Shown: one piece after another, positions 10,236 to 19,131 of the stretch
How positions within the stretch are numbered: the first letter of the stretch is position 1
How the letters are laid out: every line of letters starts with the position of its first letter
From: Chiloscyllium plagiosum
Taxonomy: Eukaryota
DNA length: 20,000 nucleotides
NCBI RefSeq assembly: GCF_004010195.1
Contig: NC_057718.1
Location: 88,442,894 to 88,462,893, forward strand
Direction: 5' to 3'
The notes under the pieces: generated by a model
Told to the model about the DNA's origin: nothing
Seen by the model: only the letters and a program-made list of their open reading frames with translations
Database searches by the model: none
Made by a program: the position numbers and the translations under genes

Positions 10236-11592
10236 CATCTTCTCTATCCTCCTATTCCTGCCCTCACTAGCTTGTAGCACCGGGAGTAATCCAGATATTA
10301 CTACTCTCGAGGACCTCCTTTTTTTAAATTCCTGCCTAACTCTTTGTAATCTCCCTTCAGTATCTCAACCTTTTCCCTTCCTATGTTGTTGGTTCCAATG
10401 TGTACAATGACCACATGCTGGTCCCCCTCCCCCTTGAGAACATACTGCACCTTCTGAGACATCCTTGATCCTGGCACCAGGGAAGCAACACCCCATTGAG
10501 TTTTCACTGCTGGCCACAGAAACATCTGTCTGTACCTCGGACTAGAGAGTTCCCCAACACAATCGATCGCTTGAAACCCGATGTACCCCTCATTACATTA
10601 GAGCCAGTCTCCATACCAGAAACTTGGCTGTTCATGCTACATTCCTGTGAGAATCCATCACCCCCTACATTTTCCAAAACAGCATACCTGTTTGAAATGG
10701 GGATAGCCACAGAAGACTCCTGTACTACCTGCCTACCTCTCTTACCTTTCCTGGAGTTACACTCACATAGAGGAGTTATCTGTGACTCCCCCCGCCCCCC
10801 CCATCACCACCACCCCTTCCTATGACTGCCATCCATCATATCCCCATGATCTTGTAAATTCCTCATTGCCTCTAACTGTGTCTCCATCCAATCCGTTTGA
10901 TCTGATAGGATTCACAACCAACAGCATTTATTGCAGATATAATCCTAAGTAACCCGTAAACTCTCCTCAAACTCCCACATCTGACAAGAAGAGCATATCA
11001 CTCTACGAAGGGCCATTTTTGCTTCTTTCAATCTGTGGACCCAGAAAATAGCACTGTCTTACTCCTCTACAAAACACTGCTCCAGGTTAAATTAATACTT
11101 ATGGCTTATATTTTAAGTTTAATCGAGACCTATCTCAATAAAACAAAAAAAATCAACAAAGAACCCACTTTACTCACTACTGCAGATTTACTGTAAGACT
11201 ACGCTTAAAATATGCACTTATCTGTTTCTGTGCTGTGACTGCTCCCAGGCAGGTTTGTCAAAGATCCGTTGTGAAGTTCACTGTTTGTTAATTTTCCCAG
11301 ACACACTCCGACGTCCACTGATAAATGAATTTCAAACAGCAAAGTCAATAACTGCTAACGGTCAGTTAGCAATGTGGGTTTCTTTCTCTGTTCTTCTCCC
11401 TTTTAAAAGTGCTGTTGTTTTAACTTTTGTTTTCTCTCCAAAGTTCCAAAACAATGGAACAGCATATAAAGCAGTAATTGCTGCTCCTGGAATTCAAGGG
11501 AATCTCCTCCACAGCACCTAAAATACCTCAAAAAAGGAGCAGCTGTTACAGCCAGAAAATTTTCCCGTCCTCCATCTTGGATTACCCAGAAT
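10236..11592 (-). mobile_element. CR1 LINE 5' UTR and decayed ORF1 (zinc-finger/coiled coil plus SGNH/GDSL esterase domain)
   Basis: Peptides IPISNRYAVLENV, SIVLGNSLVRGTD (the GDS motif is decayed), VVIVHIGTNNIG and VVISGLLPV. Cys-rich CSSC..ICNKC segment near 10925-10995. A 5' end resembling GATTCTGGGTAATCCAAGATGG lies near 11592. Confidence 0.88.
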
Positions 11593-11689
11593 CTAGATCT
11601 GTCCACTGAAATCAACTTGCGTGCTTTATTGAAGTTGTTTCCTTTGTTGTACTGAAACCTGTGCTAGTGATAATCTCTAGAGTTATATT

Positions 11690-12361
11690 TGTTATGGACC
11701 AGGCCAGAACCCCACCCCTCCCCAAAAAAAACATTTCAGGAAAGTAGCCCAAACCCTATCTTTGCTAGATGTTTGAAGCAGGTGTAGAGCAGAGATTCCA
11801 GGAGGGATACAGCTGGCCCAATCACTTGGTTTCAAACAAAACAATTTATTTACACGATTATTGAATGCAACACCAAGAACAACAGAATACGGAATAACTT
11901 AACCTGTCTGAAAACCCAACACACAATCCCAACTTAATGATGCTGTTCCAAATTCCTGCAACAATTTCCATAAACACCCCTTGGCAAAAAAGATCAAATC
12001 AAACACTGGGCCTTTTAGGAGACAGATGGCAGAGGGTCTCAGCATGGAACATCTTCTTCCATGTAGCTGTTTCTTGGACCAGCGGCCTCACTGCCTGCTT
12101 TCAGGGAACAGCCAGACTGCTAAAACCAAACCAAATTAGAAAAACTGAGCTGGGGGAACTGGCCACTCCTCTTTCATTGAACAAATGTATTTTTCTAAAA
12201 GCTTGTAAGCCTTTTACCTGAGGGGAGTATCTGTTAGCTATAATCAAACTGATCCCAGAACCCTTCAAACCTAGACTTTTCGGAATTGCTGCTTTTATGA
12301 CCTCTGGGGAGGAAAAATGCCAAGGATAGTATAAAGTTGTTAAAGGAGCACTGTTGTCACA
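11690..12361 (-). repeat. 3' LTR (TG...CA)
   Basis: Starts TGTTATGGACCAGG and ends GTCACA. Direct repeat of 15588-16517. Minus-strand AATAAA at 11845-11850. Confidence 0.92.
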
Positions 12362-12372
12362 TCTCCACTCTT
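12362..12372 (-). promoter_or_regulatory. Polypurine tract
   Basis: Minus-strand AAGAGTGGAGA directly abuts the LTR start TGTGAC. Confidence 0.75.
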
Positions 12373-12544
12373 GTTTTTAAAAAAAAATGAACCATCAATA
12401 TCCAAAGATGGCTTCATTTTAAAACCCCTTAATTTTAAATTGTTAGTACACTACAACACACATGCGTTAGGTTGAAATAATCATGCAAACATGAACTATC
12501 ACATTGTTGTCTATTTTAATCCCAACACCAAATGCCTCTGTTTC

Positions 12545-13016
12545 TCATTCACGTCTCGGCAATGCGTCGGCAATCACAATTTCTCGTCCTGCCACATGCA
12601 CAATTGCCAAATTGAATGGCTGTAACAACAAGCTCCATCTAAACAGTCTGGCATTTTTGTCCTTCGATTTCTCAACAAACTTCAATGGGTTACAATCAGT
12701 GTATATGATTGTCTCCAATACATCACTGGTAACATAACTGAAATGTTGTAACACCAGCACCAAGCTCAGTCTCCTCCTCAACTATCAAATATTTCTGATG
12801 AATGTTCAAATTCCTGGAGAAATATCCAATAGGTCTTTCTGTGGTTCTCGTCTTCCTGTCAGAGCTCAGTACTGACACCCATATCACTAACTTCAATAGC
12901 CCCTTGAATGGCTTTGTGTAATTAAGTATGGTTAATACTGGGGCAGTGGTTAACACAGCTTTCAGGCTGTCAAATGCCTTCAGGCAGTCCGCTGTCCCAC
13001 TGAAACTACTTGCCAT
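12545..13016 (-). pseudogene. Gypsy RT connection and RNase H remnant (C-terminus of pol)
   Basis: Peptides AFDSLKAVLTTAPVL, RPIGYFSRNLN, IIYTDCNPLKF, ARLFRWSLLLQPFNLAIVHVAGREIVIADALPR, followed by a stop and then the 3' UTR and PPT. Confidence 0.92.
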
Positions 13017-13830
13017 TCTTTAGCAATTCAGTGAGGGGAGCAGCCACACTGCTAAAATTTGGTATGAATTTTTCAATAAAATCCACTCAATCCCAGGAAT
13101 TGTGGTACTGTTCTTTTTGTCAGTTGGTATGGGAAAATCCCCAGTTACCTCTTTTTTTTGTTTTTGTATCCTGTGGGTCCATTTGTCCATGTGCAATAAC
13201 ACAGCCCAGGAAGATGACTTGGGCTTTAGCAAGTTCACTCACTTTTAGCCAGGTTTATCACCAAGCCTGCCTTCCGAAGTTGATAGAACAAGTCTGATAA
13301 ATGTTGCAAATGTTCTTTCCATGTGTGACGAAAAATCACCAGGTCATCAATATATATGACACAATAGGATAATCTAGCAGTGACTTTATTGGTTAGTCTC
13401 TGAAATGTGGCTGGCATGTTTTTCATACCAAATGGCATGACTTTAAACTGATACAGTCCATTTGGCGTGATGAAAACAAATTGTCTTTGCTCCTTCGGAC
13501 AAAGGCATCTGCCAGTATCCTTTGGGCAAGTTCAACTTAGAAATAAGTTGCGTGTCCCACTTTTTTTCAACAGTCTTCCAAACGTGGAATCAGATTTGCA
13601 TCAGCCTTTGTACCTGCATTGACTTTGCAACAGTCCAAACAACCGTTGGGTACCATCTGGTTTTGGCAGCATTACATTGGGTGAGCTCCAGTCACTGTAA
13701 CTCACTTCAATTATATCGTCCTGGAGCATGCGTTCAATCTCCTTTTGAGCCTGTACCAACTTTAGAGCTTTATGTCTATAAGGATGTTGCTTAATTGGAA
13801 CAGCATCTCCTGTATCTACATCATGCATAA
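13017..13830 (-). pseudogene. Gypsy reverse transcriptase remnant
   Basis: Peptides HDVDTGDAVPIKQHPYR, IIEVSYSDWSSP, MPFGMKNMPATFQRL and the catalytic YIDD. Frameshifted. Confidence 0.95.
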
Positions 13831-14618
13831 CTAGGGTAGTACTTCCCAGCCTATTTCTACATATCTCTCCATGTGACAGTAATAACTCTTTCAGGTCATT
13901 TCAATTTTCCTTTGGAAGGTAACTCAACAATTTTATCCCAATTTTCGATAACTTCCTCACTGTCTAATTTAATAAGGAATGTCCAATTCCGAATCCTCTG
14001 AACTTGGTTCTTCCTGCTGTGTTGTCACCTATAACAGTCTTCTCTGGCTTTCCTTCCCTGTCAAAATATCTTTTGAGCATACTCGCATGACAGCCTGAGA
14101 TTTCTTTCTGTCTGGAGTCCTTATCAAATAATTCATCTCATGCAATTTCCTTTCAACTTGATATGGTCCACCTAACGTTGGAAGTAACACTAATACCTTA
14201 TCCCTAATCACAAAATTGCAAGTTTTTGATTTTTTAAAAAATCTGCTTGTTGTTTAATTGTATGCTGTGATACTTAAAGTGCTGTCTAGCCAACTTCCCC
14301 GTTCTACTTAAATCATTCCCTAAAGGTTTGACACATGGTCCAAATATGTGGTCTCTGAATTCTGATTTACCAATTTCTCCTTAATCAATTTTAACAGTCC
14401 TCTCACTTCATGCCCAAAATCTAATTCACTTGGACTGAATTTGGTCAATTCATTTGGTGCATCTCTGATCACAAAGTACAAATGGAATTCCCCTATCCCA
14501 ATCAGCTGGATAGTCTTGGCAAGAAGCCTTCAACGTGGTCTTTAATGTATGTTGCTACCTTTCTGGATGATATGCAGTAGATTTGAATTGCTTTATTCCT
14601 AAGCTGTCCATAACTTAA

Positions 14619-14811
14619 ATGATTTGGAGATGCAGGTGTTGGACTGGGGTGTACAAAGTTAAAAATCACACCACCAGGTTTAATTAGAAGCACACTAGCT
14701 TTTGGAGCGTCGCTCCTTCACAATCGCCTGATGAAGGAGCAATGCTCCAAAAGCTAGTGTGCTTCCAATTTATCTTGTTGGACTATAATCTGGTGTTGTG
14801 ATTTTTAACTT
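14619..14811. mobile_element. Penelope-terminus-type fold-back element (family C) with apex hammerhead carrying a GAAA to AAAA mutation
   Basis: Arms about 14656-14720 and 14732-14811. The plus strand 14725-14759 reads CGC CUGAUGA A GGAGC-AAU-GCUCC AAAA G CUA GUG. TSD-like TAACTT(A/G)AAT at 14611-14620 and 14806-14815. Interrupts the integrase frame. Confidence 0.85.
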
Positions 14812-14972
14812 GAATATTTTTTGTTGTAGCGTTTGACCCTTGATCTGATTCTATCTCTGTGGGTAGTCCATATCTGGTGAAATATTTGAGGAATTCCCCT
14901 ACGATTCTTTTAGCTGTGATATTGCGTAATGGTACGGCCTCTGGAAGTCTAGTGGACACATCCATTATTGTT

Positions 14973-15109
14973 TAAAAATGCCTTCCTGAAGAAGGGCTTA
15001 TGCCCGAAACGTCGATTCTCCTTCTCCTTTGCTGCCTGACCCACTGCGCTTTTCCAGCAACACATTTTTAAGTCCTGATCTCCAGCATTTGCAGTCCTCA
15101 CTTTCTCCT
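14973..15109 (+). mobile_element. Solo (non-palindromic) family A element with hammerhead core and 15-bp TSD
   Basis: TSD ACATCCATTATTGTT at 14958-14972 and 15110-15124, duplicating the integrase codons TIMDV. The body is the reverse-complement homolog of 5274-5400. Confidence 0.9.
14984..15015 (+). ncRNA. Minimal hammerhead ribozyme core, catalytic nucleotides intact, weak stem I
   Basis: UC CUGAAGA A GGGC-UUAU-GCCC GAAA C GUC^GA. Only 2 bp of stem I pair next to the core. Confidence 0.65.
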
Positions 15110-15184
15110 ACATCCATTATTGTTAACAAATACTGATTCCCACTTTTTGTTGAGGTAGGGGGTCTTATGCAATCAATCAAGACT

Positions 15185-15450
15185 GTTTCCTTTCTGTTGC
15201 TCTTTACTTGTCTTTTGCCTCTAACTCAAGCTGTTTCATTTTCACGTGAACTTTAGCCATCTTCAAAGATTCTGCTGGTATTTCTGGCAAACTTAAATGC
15301 TGAACTATTGCAGTAATTATCTCTCCTTTCCTCATGGAAGGAGGCAGCTCCAACCCCAGCTTGTCGGCTAATTCCAGCAGCTTGGCCTTAATCACCTTTT
15401 ATAAAATCCCCAAGGTCACTACTTCTATCCCCAGAAAACTCTTGATGACT
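15185..15450 (-). pseudogene. N-terminus of Gypsy gag, truncated by the internal deletion
   Basis: KAKLLELADKLGLELPPSMRKGEIITAIVQHL followed by coiled-coil MKQLELEAKDK, fused directly to the integrase VLIDC. Confidence 0.75.
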
Positions 15451-15569
15451 GAAGCAAGCACTGATTTTAAACCAACTGAATTTAACACCTGGAACAAAAG
15501 ACACTAAGACCTACAACTCGCTGCCTATGAGCCCAGGAACCATAATCCCAAATCTGAACTATAGGACAA

Positions 15570-15587
15570 ATCCTAGCCAAGCCCCTG
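15570..15587 (-). promoter_or_regulatory. Decayed tRNA-Pro-like primer binding site
   Basis: Plus-strand ATCCTAGCCAAGCCCCTG versus the tRNA-Pro 3' end ATCCCGGACGAGCCCCCA, 12 of 18 by my count. Adjacent to the 5' LTR. Confidence 0.55.
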
Positions 15588-16517
15588 GTTTATGGACCAG
15601 GCTAGACCCCCTCAAAACATTTCCAGAAAGTAGCCCAGACCCTAACTTTGTTTTTAAGCAGGTGTAAGTGAATATTCCAAGAGTGATGCAGCTGACCCAA
15701 CCACTGGATTTTAAACAAAACAGAATTTATTTACACGATTATCTGATGAAACACAAACAAAAGAGAACAGAAAACAGAATAACTTAACCTATCTGAAAAC
15801 CCAGCAGACTATCCCAATTTAATAATGCTGTTCCAAATTCCTGCAACAATCCTGTAAATGCTCCCTTGGCAAAAAAGTAACATCAAACACAGGGTCTTAC
15901 AGGAGACTGAGATGGCAGAAAGATTCAGCATGGAACACCTTCCATGTAGCTGTTTCTTGGTGTTGTGGAGTTTTTAACCTAATTGCTTCTAGCGTCTATT
16001 GCACTTCCCATTCGTGGATTTGGATTTCTCTTCACACATCTTTGTGCACATTGTCAAGAAAGTCACCCTCCATTCATAAAACATCTCTTTCCGACCCCCT
16101 CCCACCTTCTCTTGCTGACTTATTTTGGGAAAGTTAAAATATCTTCCATGATTATTCTAGGCCTTTCACTCATTTGTTTACAGATTCCTTCCTTTGAGTG
16201 GACTATCTGCAGACTAGCCTATCAGTCCACATGACAATAAAGGAAAGCAGCTTCTGAACTGCCTGCTTTCAGTGAACAGCCCGACTGCTAAACCAAACCA
16301 GAGAAAAGCTGAGCTGGGAGAACTGGCTGTTCCTCTTTCATTGTACAAGTTTTTTTTAACTTGAAGGCCTTTTGCCTGAGACAGTATCTGTTAGCTATAG
16401 TCAAACTGGCCCCAAATACCTAGACCTTTTGGAATTGCTGCTTTTGTGACCTTTTGGGGAGGGGGCGGAAAAAAGCCAAGGACAGCATAACATTGTTAAA
16501 GAAGCAGCATCGTCAAA
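15588..16517 (-). repeat. 5' LTR, containing a foreign ~290-bp insertion
   Basis: Aligns to 11690-12361 on both sides of 15961-16247. Ends GTCAAA (versus GTCACA) followed by the TSD TATT. Confidence 0.9.
15958..16247 (-). repeat. Inverted copy of 17134-17425 inserted into the 5' LTR
   Basis: Reverse-complement match with about 10 substitutions and one 2-bp indel (manual count). Absent from the 3' LTR. Confidence 0.95.
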
Positions 16518-16811
16518 TATTACAGCCAGGCAGGATGCTGTAGCCAGTCAGGAAACACCATTAGTTTTGGCTTTGACTGGGTAGAGCATTAGATTTTAAT
16601 GAAAGTCACCAGCATTCATCAGTTGTAGCCAGCACAACTGACACCATTGTTTCAGCCACTAAGCAGTGGGTCCCAATCATGTGAAATGAGCATAGGATTT
16701 AGGTGATTTTGTTCTTAAGCCTGACTGTGCCTGTGCAGAAGATTTCTTCAACTCATTTGCTAAGCGAATATGTCACACAGTCTTTATTGTAAGTGTTGAA
16801 TTTTTAATTTG

Positions 16812-17058
16812 GCTCTTACTGCTTCTGAGTTAGAAGGTAATGGATTTAAGTACCACTCTGGAGACTTGAGCATGAAATTCAGGTTGACGTTGCAGCACAA
16901 GAACGGAGTGCTCCTTTCTTCAGATGGTATGTTATTACCAAAGTGAGACAGATTTGCAATATTAATTCTTCAACCAGTAATACAAGATGACCTCATTAAT
17001 CTCATTGTCCTTTTTAGGAGTTTGCTATGCAAAAATTGGTTGATGCATTTCCTACAGT
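16812..17058 (+). mobile_element. Deu-domain tRNA-derived SINE (SacSINE1-like), decayed and internally deleted
   Basis: Head CTTCTGAGTTAGAAGGTAATGGATTTAAGTACCACTCTGGAGACTTGAGCA and 3' part GGAGTTTGCTATGCAAAAATTGGTTGATGCATTTCCTACA. Same family as 4963-5245 in the opposite orientation. Confidence 0.7.
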
Positions 17059-17133
17059 TGGAGCATGCTCCTATTTGGACCCAAGGCATAGATATTATGT
17101 TCCCATGTCATTGACTAGTTAACCTGAGCGATT

Positions 17134-17425
17134 CTTTCCTTTATTGTCATGTGGACTGATAGGTTAGTCTGCAGGTAGTCCACTCATAAAGGAAGGAATC
17201 TGTAAACAAATGAGTGAAAGGCCTAGAATAATCATGGAAGATTTTTTAACTTTCCCAAAATAAGTCAGCAAGAGAAGGTGGGAGGGGGTCGGAAAGAGGT
17301 GTTTTATGAATAGAGGGTGACTTTCTTGACAATATGCACAAAGACGCGTGAAGAGAAATCCGAATCCACGAATGGGAAGTGCAATAGACGCTAGAAGCAA
17401 TTAGGTTAAAAACCCCACAACACCA
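17134..17425 (+). repeat. Source segment of the inverted duplication (unique DNA plus the first 22 bp of the hairpin insert)
   Basis: See 15958-16247. Confidence 0.95.
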
Positions 17426-17524
17426 GGTTATGGTCCAACAGTCCAAATAAACCTGTTGGCTATAACCTGGTGTGTATGATTTCTAACTTTGTCCAGCTCA
17501 CTCCAACACCAGCACCTCCACATC
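17404..17524. mobile_element. Family C fold-back element lacking the hammerhead-containing apex; 11-bp TSD
   Basis: TSD AGAAGCAATTA at 17393-17403 and 17525-17535. Arms ACACCAGGTTATGGTCCAACAG and CTGTTGGCTATAACCTGGTGT. The tail TCCAACACCAGCACCTCCACATC is the reverse homolog of 14620-14645. Confidence 0.85.
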
Positions 17525-17603
17525 AGAAGCAATTAAAGTGAACATGTTGGCAATAATAACTGTAACAAAAAAGATTTCTGGTCAGATCATGTCAATTTGA
17601 GTA

Positions 17604-17817
17604 CAGGCCATTTTGCTAAAACAAGCATTTCATTAACGCAAATTCACTAATGGGATTGATGAATTGGGGACACTATTTCGAAAGTGTGAACCTTTAAAAC
17701 GCATTGGCTGTAACGCAATTGCATCACCAACACTCTAAGCACTGTTTCGAAAGTGTGATTTTTCAATAACATGGGGTTGCATAAGAACGCAACCATCACG
17801 TTAGGAATATCTGCATG
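17604..17817. mobile_element. Tigger/pogo-like MITE
   Basis: Flanked by TA on both sides. Decayed TIR-like ends CAGGCCATTTTGCTAAAAC and CGTTAGGAATATCTGCATG. Internal 19-bp direct repeat CACT(A/G)TTTCGAAAGTGTGA at 17671-17689 and 17740-17758. Confidence 0.6.
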
Positions 17818-17969
17818 TATCCATCACTGTCATTGACAATATCCCCACTGTAGTGGGCCAACAGTGTTCTTGACCACCCGCTTTCCCTTTATATTACTGT
17901 AAAACTTCTTATTGATTTGGGTATCTCTGGCAAGCTTTTGGTTTCATAATCCTTTTTCTAAAAACTCAT

Positions 17970-18141
17970 AAGATGGGACAGTAGATTGCTGGGGCATTTT
18001 AAGGAGTTGAGAGACAGAATTATTTTATTGGTTATTGGGAGCAGATAAGAGTTGAGGTTGAGGTGAGATCACCCATGATTGTATTAAATGGTGGAGTGAG
18101 CTTGGACCTGAATTGCCTATTCCTGCTACATGTTCTTATGT
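17970..18141 (+). mobile_element. CR1 LINE 3' end, decayed
   Basis: AGATCACCCATGATTGTATTAAATGGTGGAG..CTGAATTGCCTATTCCTGCTACATGTTCTTATGTT is a CR1-type 3' UTR and tail. Confidence 0.7.
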
Positions 18142-18479
18142 TGTTATAACAGGATAACTAAGAGATTTTCAAGAGAAATATTCAGTTTCAGAAAAATGTA
18201 ATGGATGAACCAAGACCCATGGATAAAATCTAAGCATTAAGGAAGGAAATAGAGACAGAAATTAGAAAGGTTTTAACAACTGAAATTAAATCAGTTGAAT
18301 ATTTATTGCAAGGTGGTGAACGTAAATAACAAAAGAAAATTCAAACGGGATAGAATCATTAAAAGTCACCAGATTAAACTCTTGAATGCTGATTTGAAAT
18401 TCAGAAAGATTGAGTTATTTTGCCTCTGTTTCCACCAAGAGGGACTTAACAGGAGGGACAAATGTGATATTATAAAGAA

Positions 18480-18930
18480 ATAACAATTGAGTGAAAGAAA
18501 GAAGTGGTGATTGACAAACTAATCAAACTGAAGAAAGGATGAAAGCCCTTGCTTGTGCATAATAAAATATGTATAAAGATAGAAAATGGAGTAGTGCAGA
18601 GAATTAACAGACAGCTGGTGGAATAGGGAGATGGAATAGGTTCAAGGAATCATAGGTGAACATTGGTCATGTGGACTGATGGAATCTTCACTTAAAGATG
18701 TAATAAAACATATCAAGAACCTATAAAGACCAGGGTAGTCAATGTGGATTTCTAAACTAGATTTTGTTAACTACAAAAAAAAGCTAAAGCACAATGTAGC
18801 TAGACACTATATTTGGATTTCAAAAGTCCTACAGTAATGTTCTTCATAGAAAATTAATGAGTCCAGGACAAGTAGCAGAATACATTGTACACTGGCTACA
18901 AAATAGTTGATAAGCGTTGAATGTCTGGAT
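18480..18930 (+). mobile_element. Very old CR1-like ORF2 remnant
   Basis: ATATTTGGATTTCAAAAG..TCTTCATAGAAAATTA resembles YLDFQKAFDKVPHRRL in A-rich sequence. Boundaries are uncertain. Confidence 0.4.
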
Positions 18931-19131
18931 TAGTAAAATATTTATGTTGGAATCCGTTTGCCCTTCATTTCAAAACATGACAATGTCATGTCAGTATTTT
19001 AAAAGCATGGAAGACTGTCTACAAGACAAAATTAATCACCTTTTGGAACAGCAAGTAATTGGTAAATGTGTTCTAATACAGTAAAATATTCCAATGAGCA
19101 AAAGGCACAGAAGAATAATGGAAGCTTTTAA

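Larger units (their letters stand above)
14030..15184 (-). pseudogene. Gypsy integrase core and GPY/F module, upstream of RT, split by two hammerhead-element insertions
   Basis: Peptides IDC..TKSGNQYLLTIMDV|STRLPEAVPLRNITAKRI..FTRYGLPTEIESDQGSN, then SLGIKQFKSTAYHP and DKVLVLLP..GPYQVERKL. Confidence 0.92.
11690..16517 (-). mobile_element. Gmr1-like Ty3/Gypsy LTR retrotransposon, decayed and internally deleted
   Basis: Two similar LTRs, 4-bp TSD TATT (11686-11689 / 16518-16521), a PPT and a PBS. Minus-strand gag, integrase, RT and RNase H remnants occur in that order. Confidence 0.93.

Noticed and set aside
12545..15184. Ty1/copia or endogenous retrovirus assignment because of INT-before-RT order and a tRNA-Pro-like PBS
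   Set aside because: The RT and RNase H motifs (MPFG, YIDD, TD.NPL, ADAL) and the GPY/F module are Ty3/Gypsy type, and no env is seen.
15983..17400. Two near-identical hydrophobic ORFs (83 aa and 78 aa) resembling a duplicated small membrane protein
   Set aside because: They have TTG starts in a eukaryote, differ by a frameshifting indel, and are fully explained by the inverted duplication.
17671..17758. 19-bp semi-palindromic direct repeats with a spacer, CRISPR-like at a glance
   Set aside because: Only two units, inside a TA-flanked MITE-like element in vertebrate DNA, with no cas genes.
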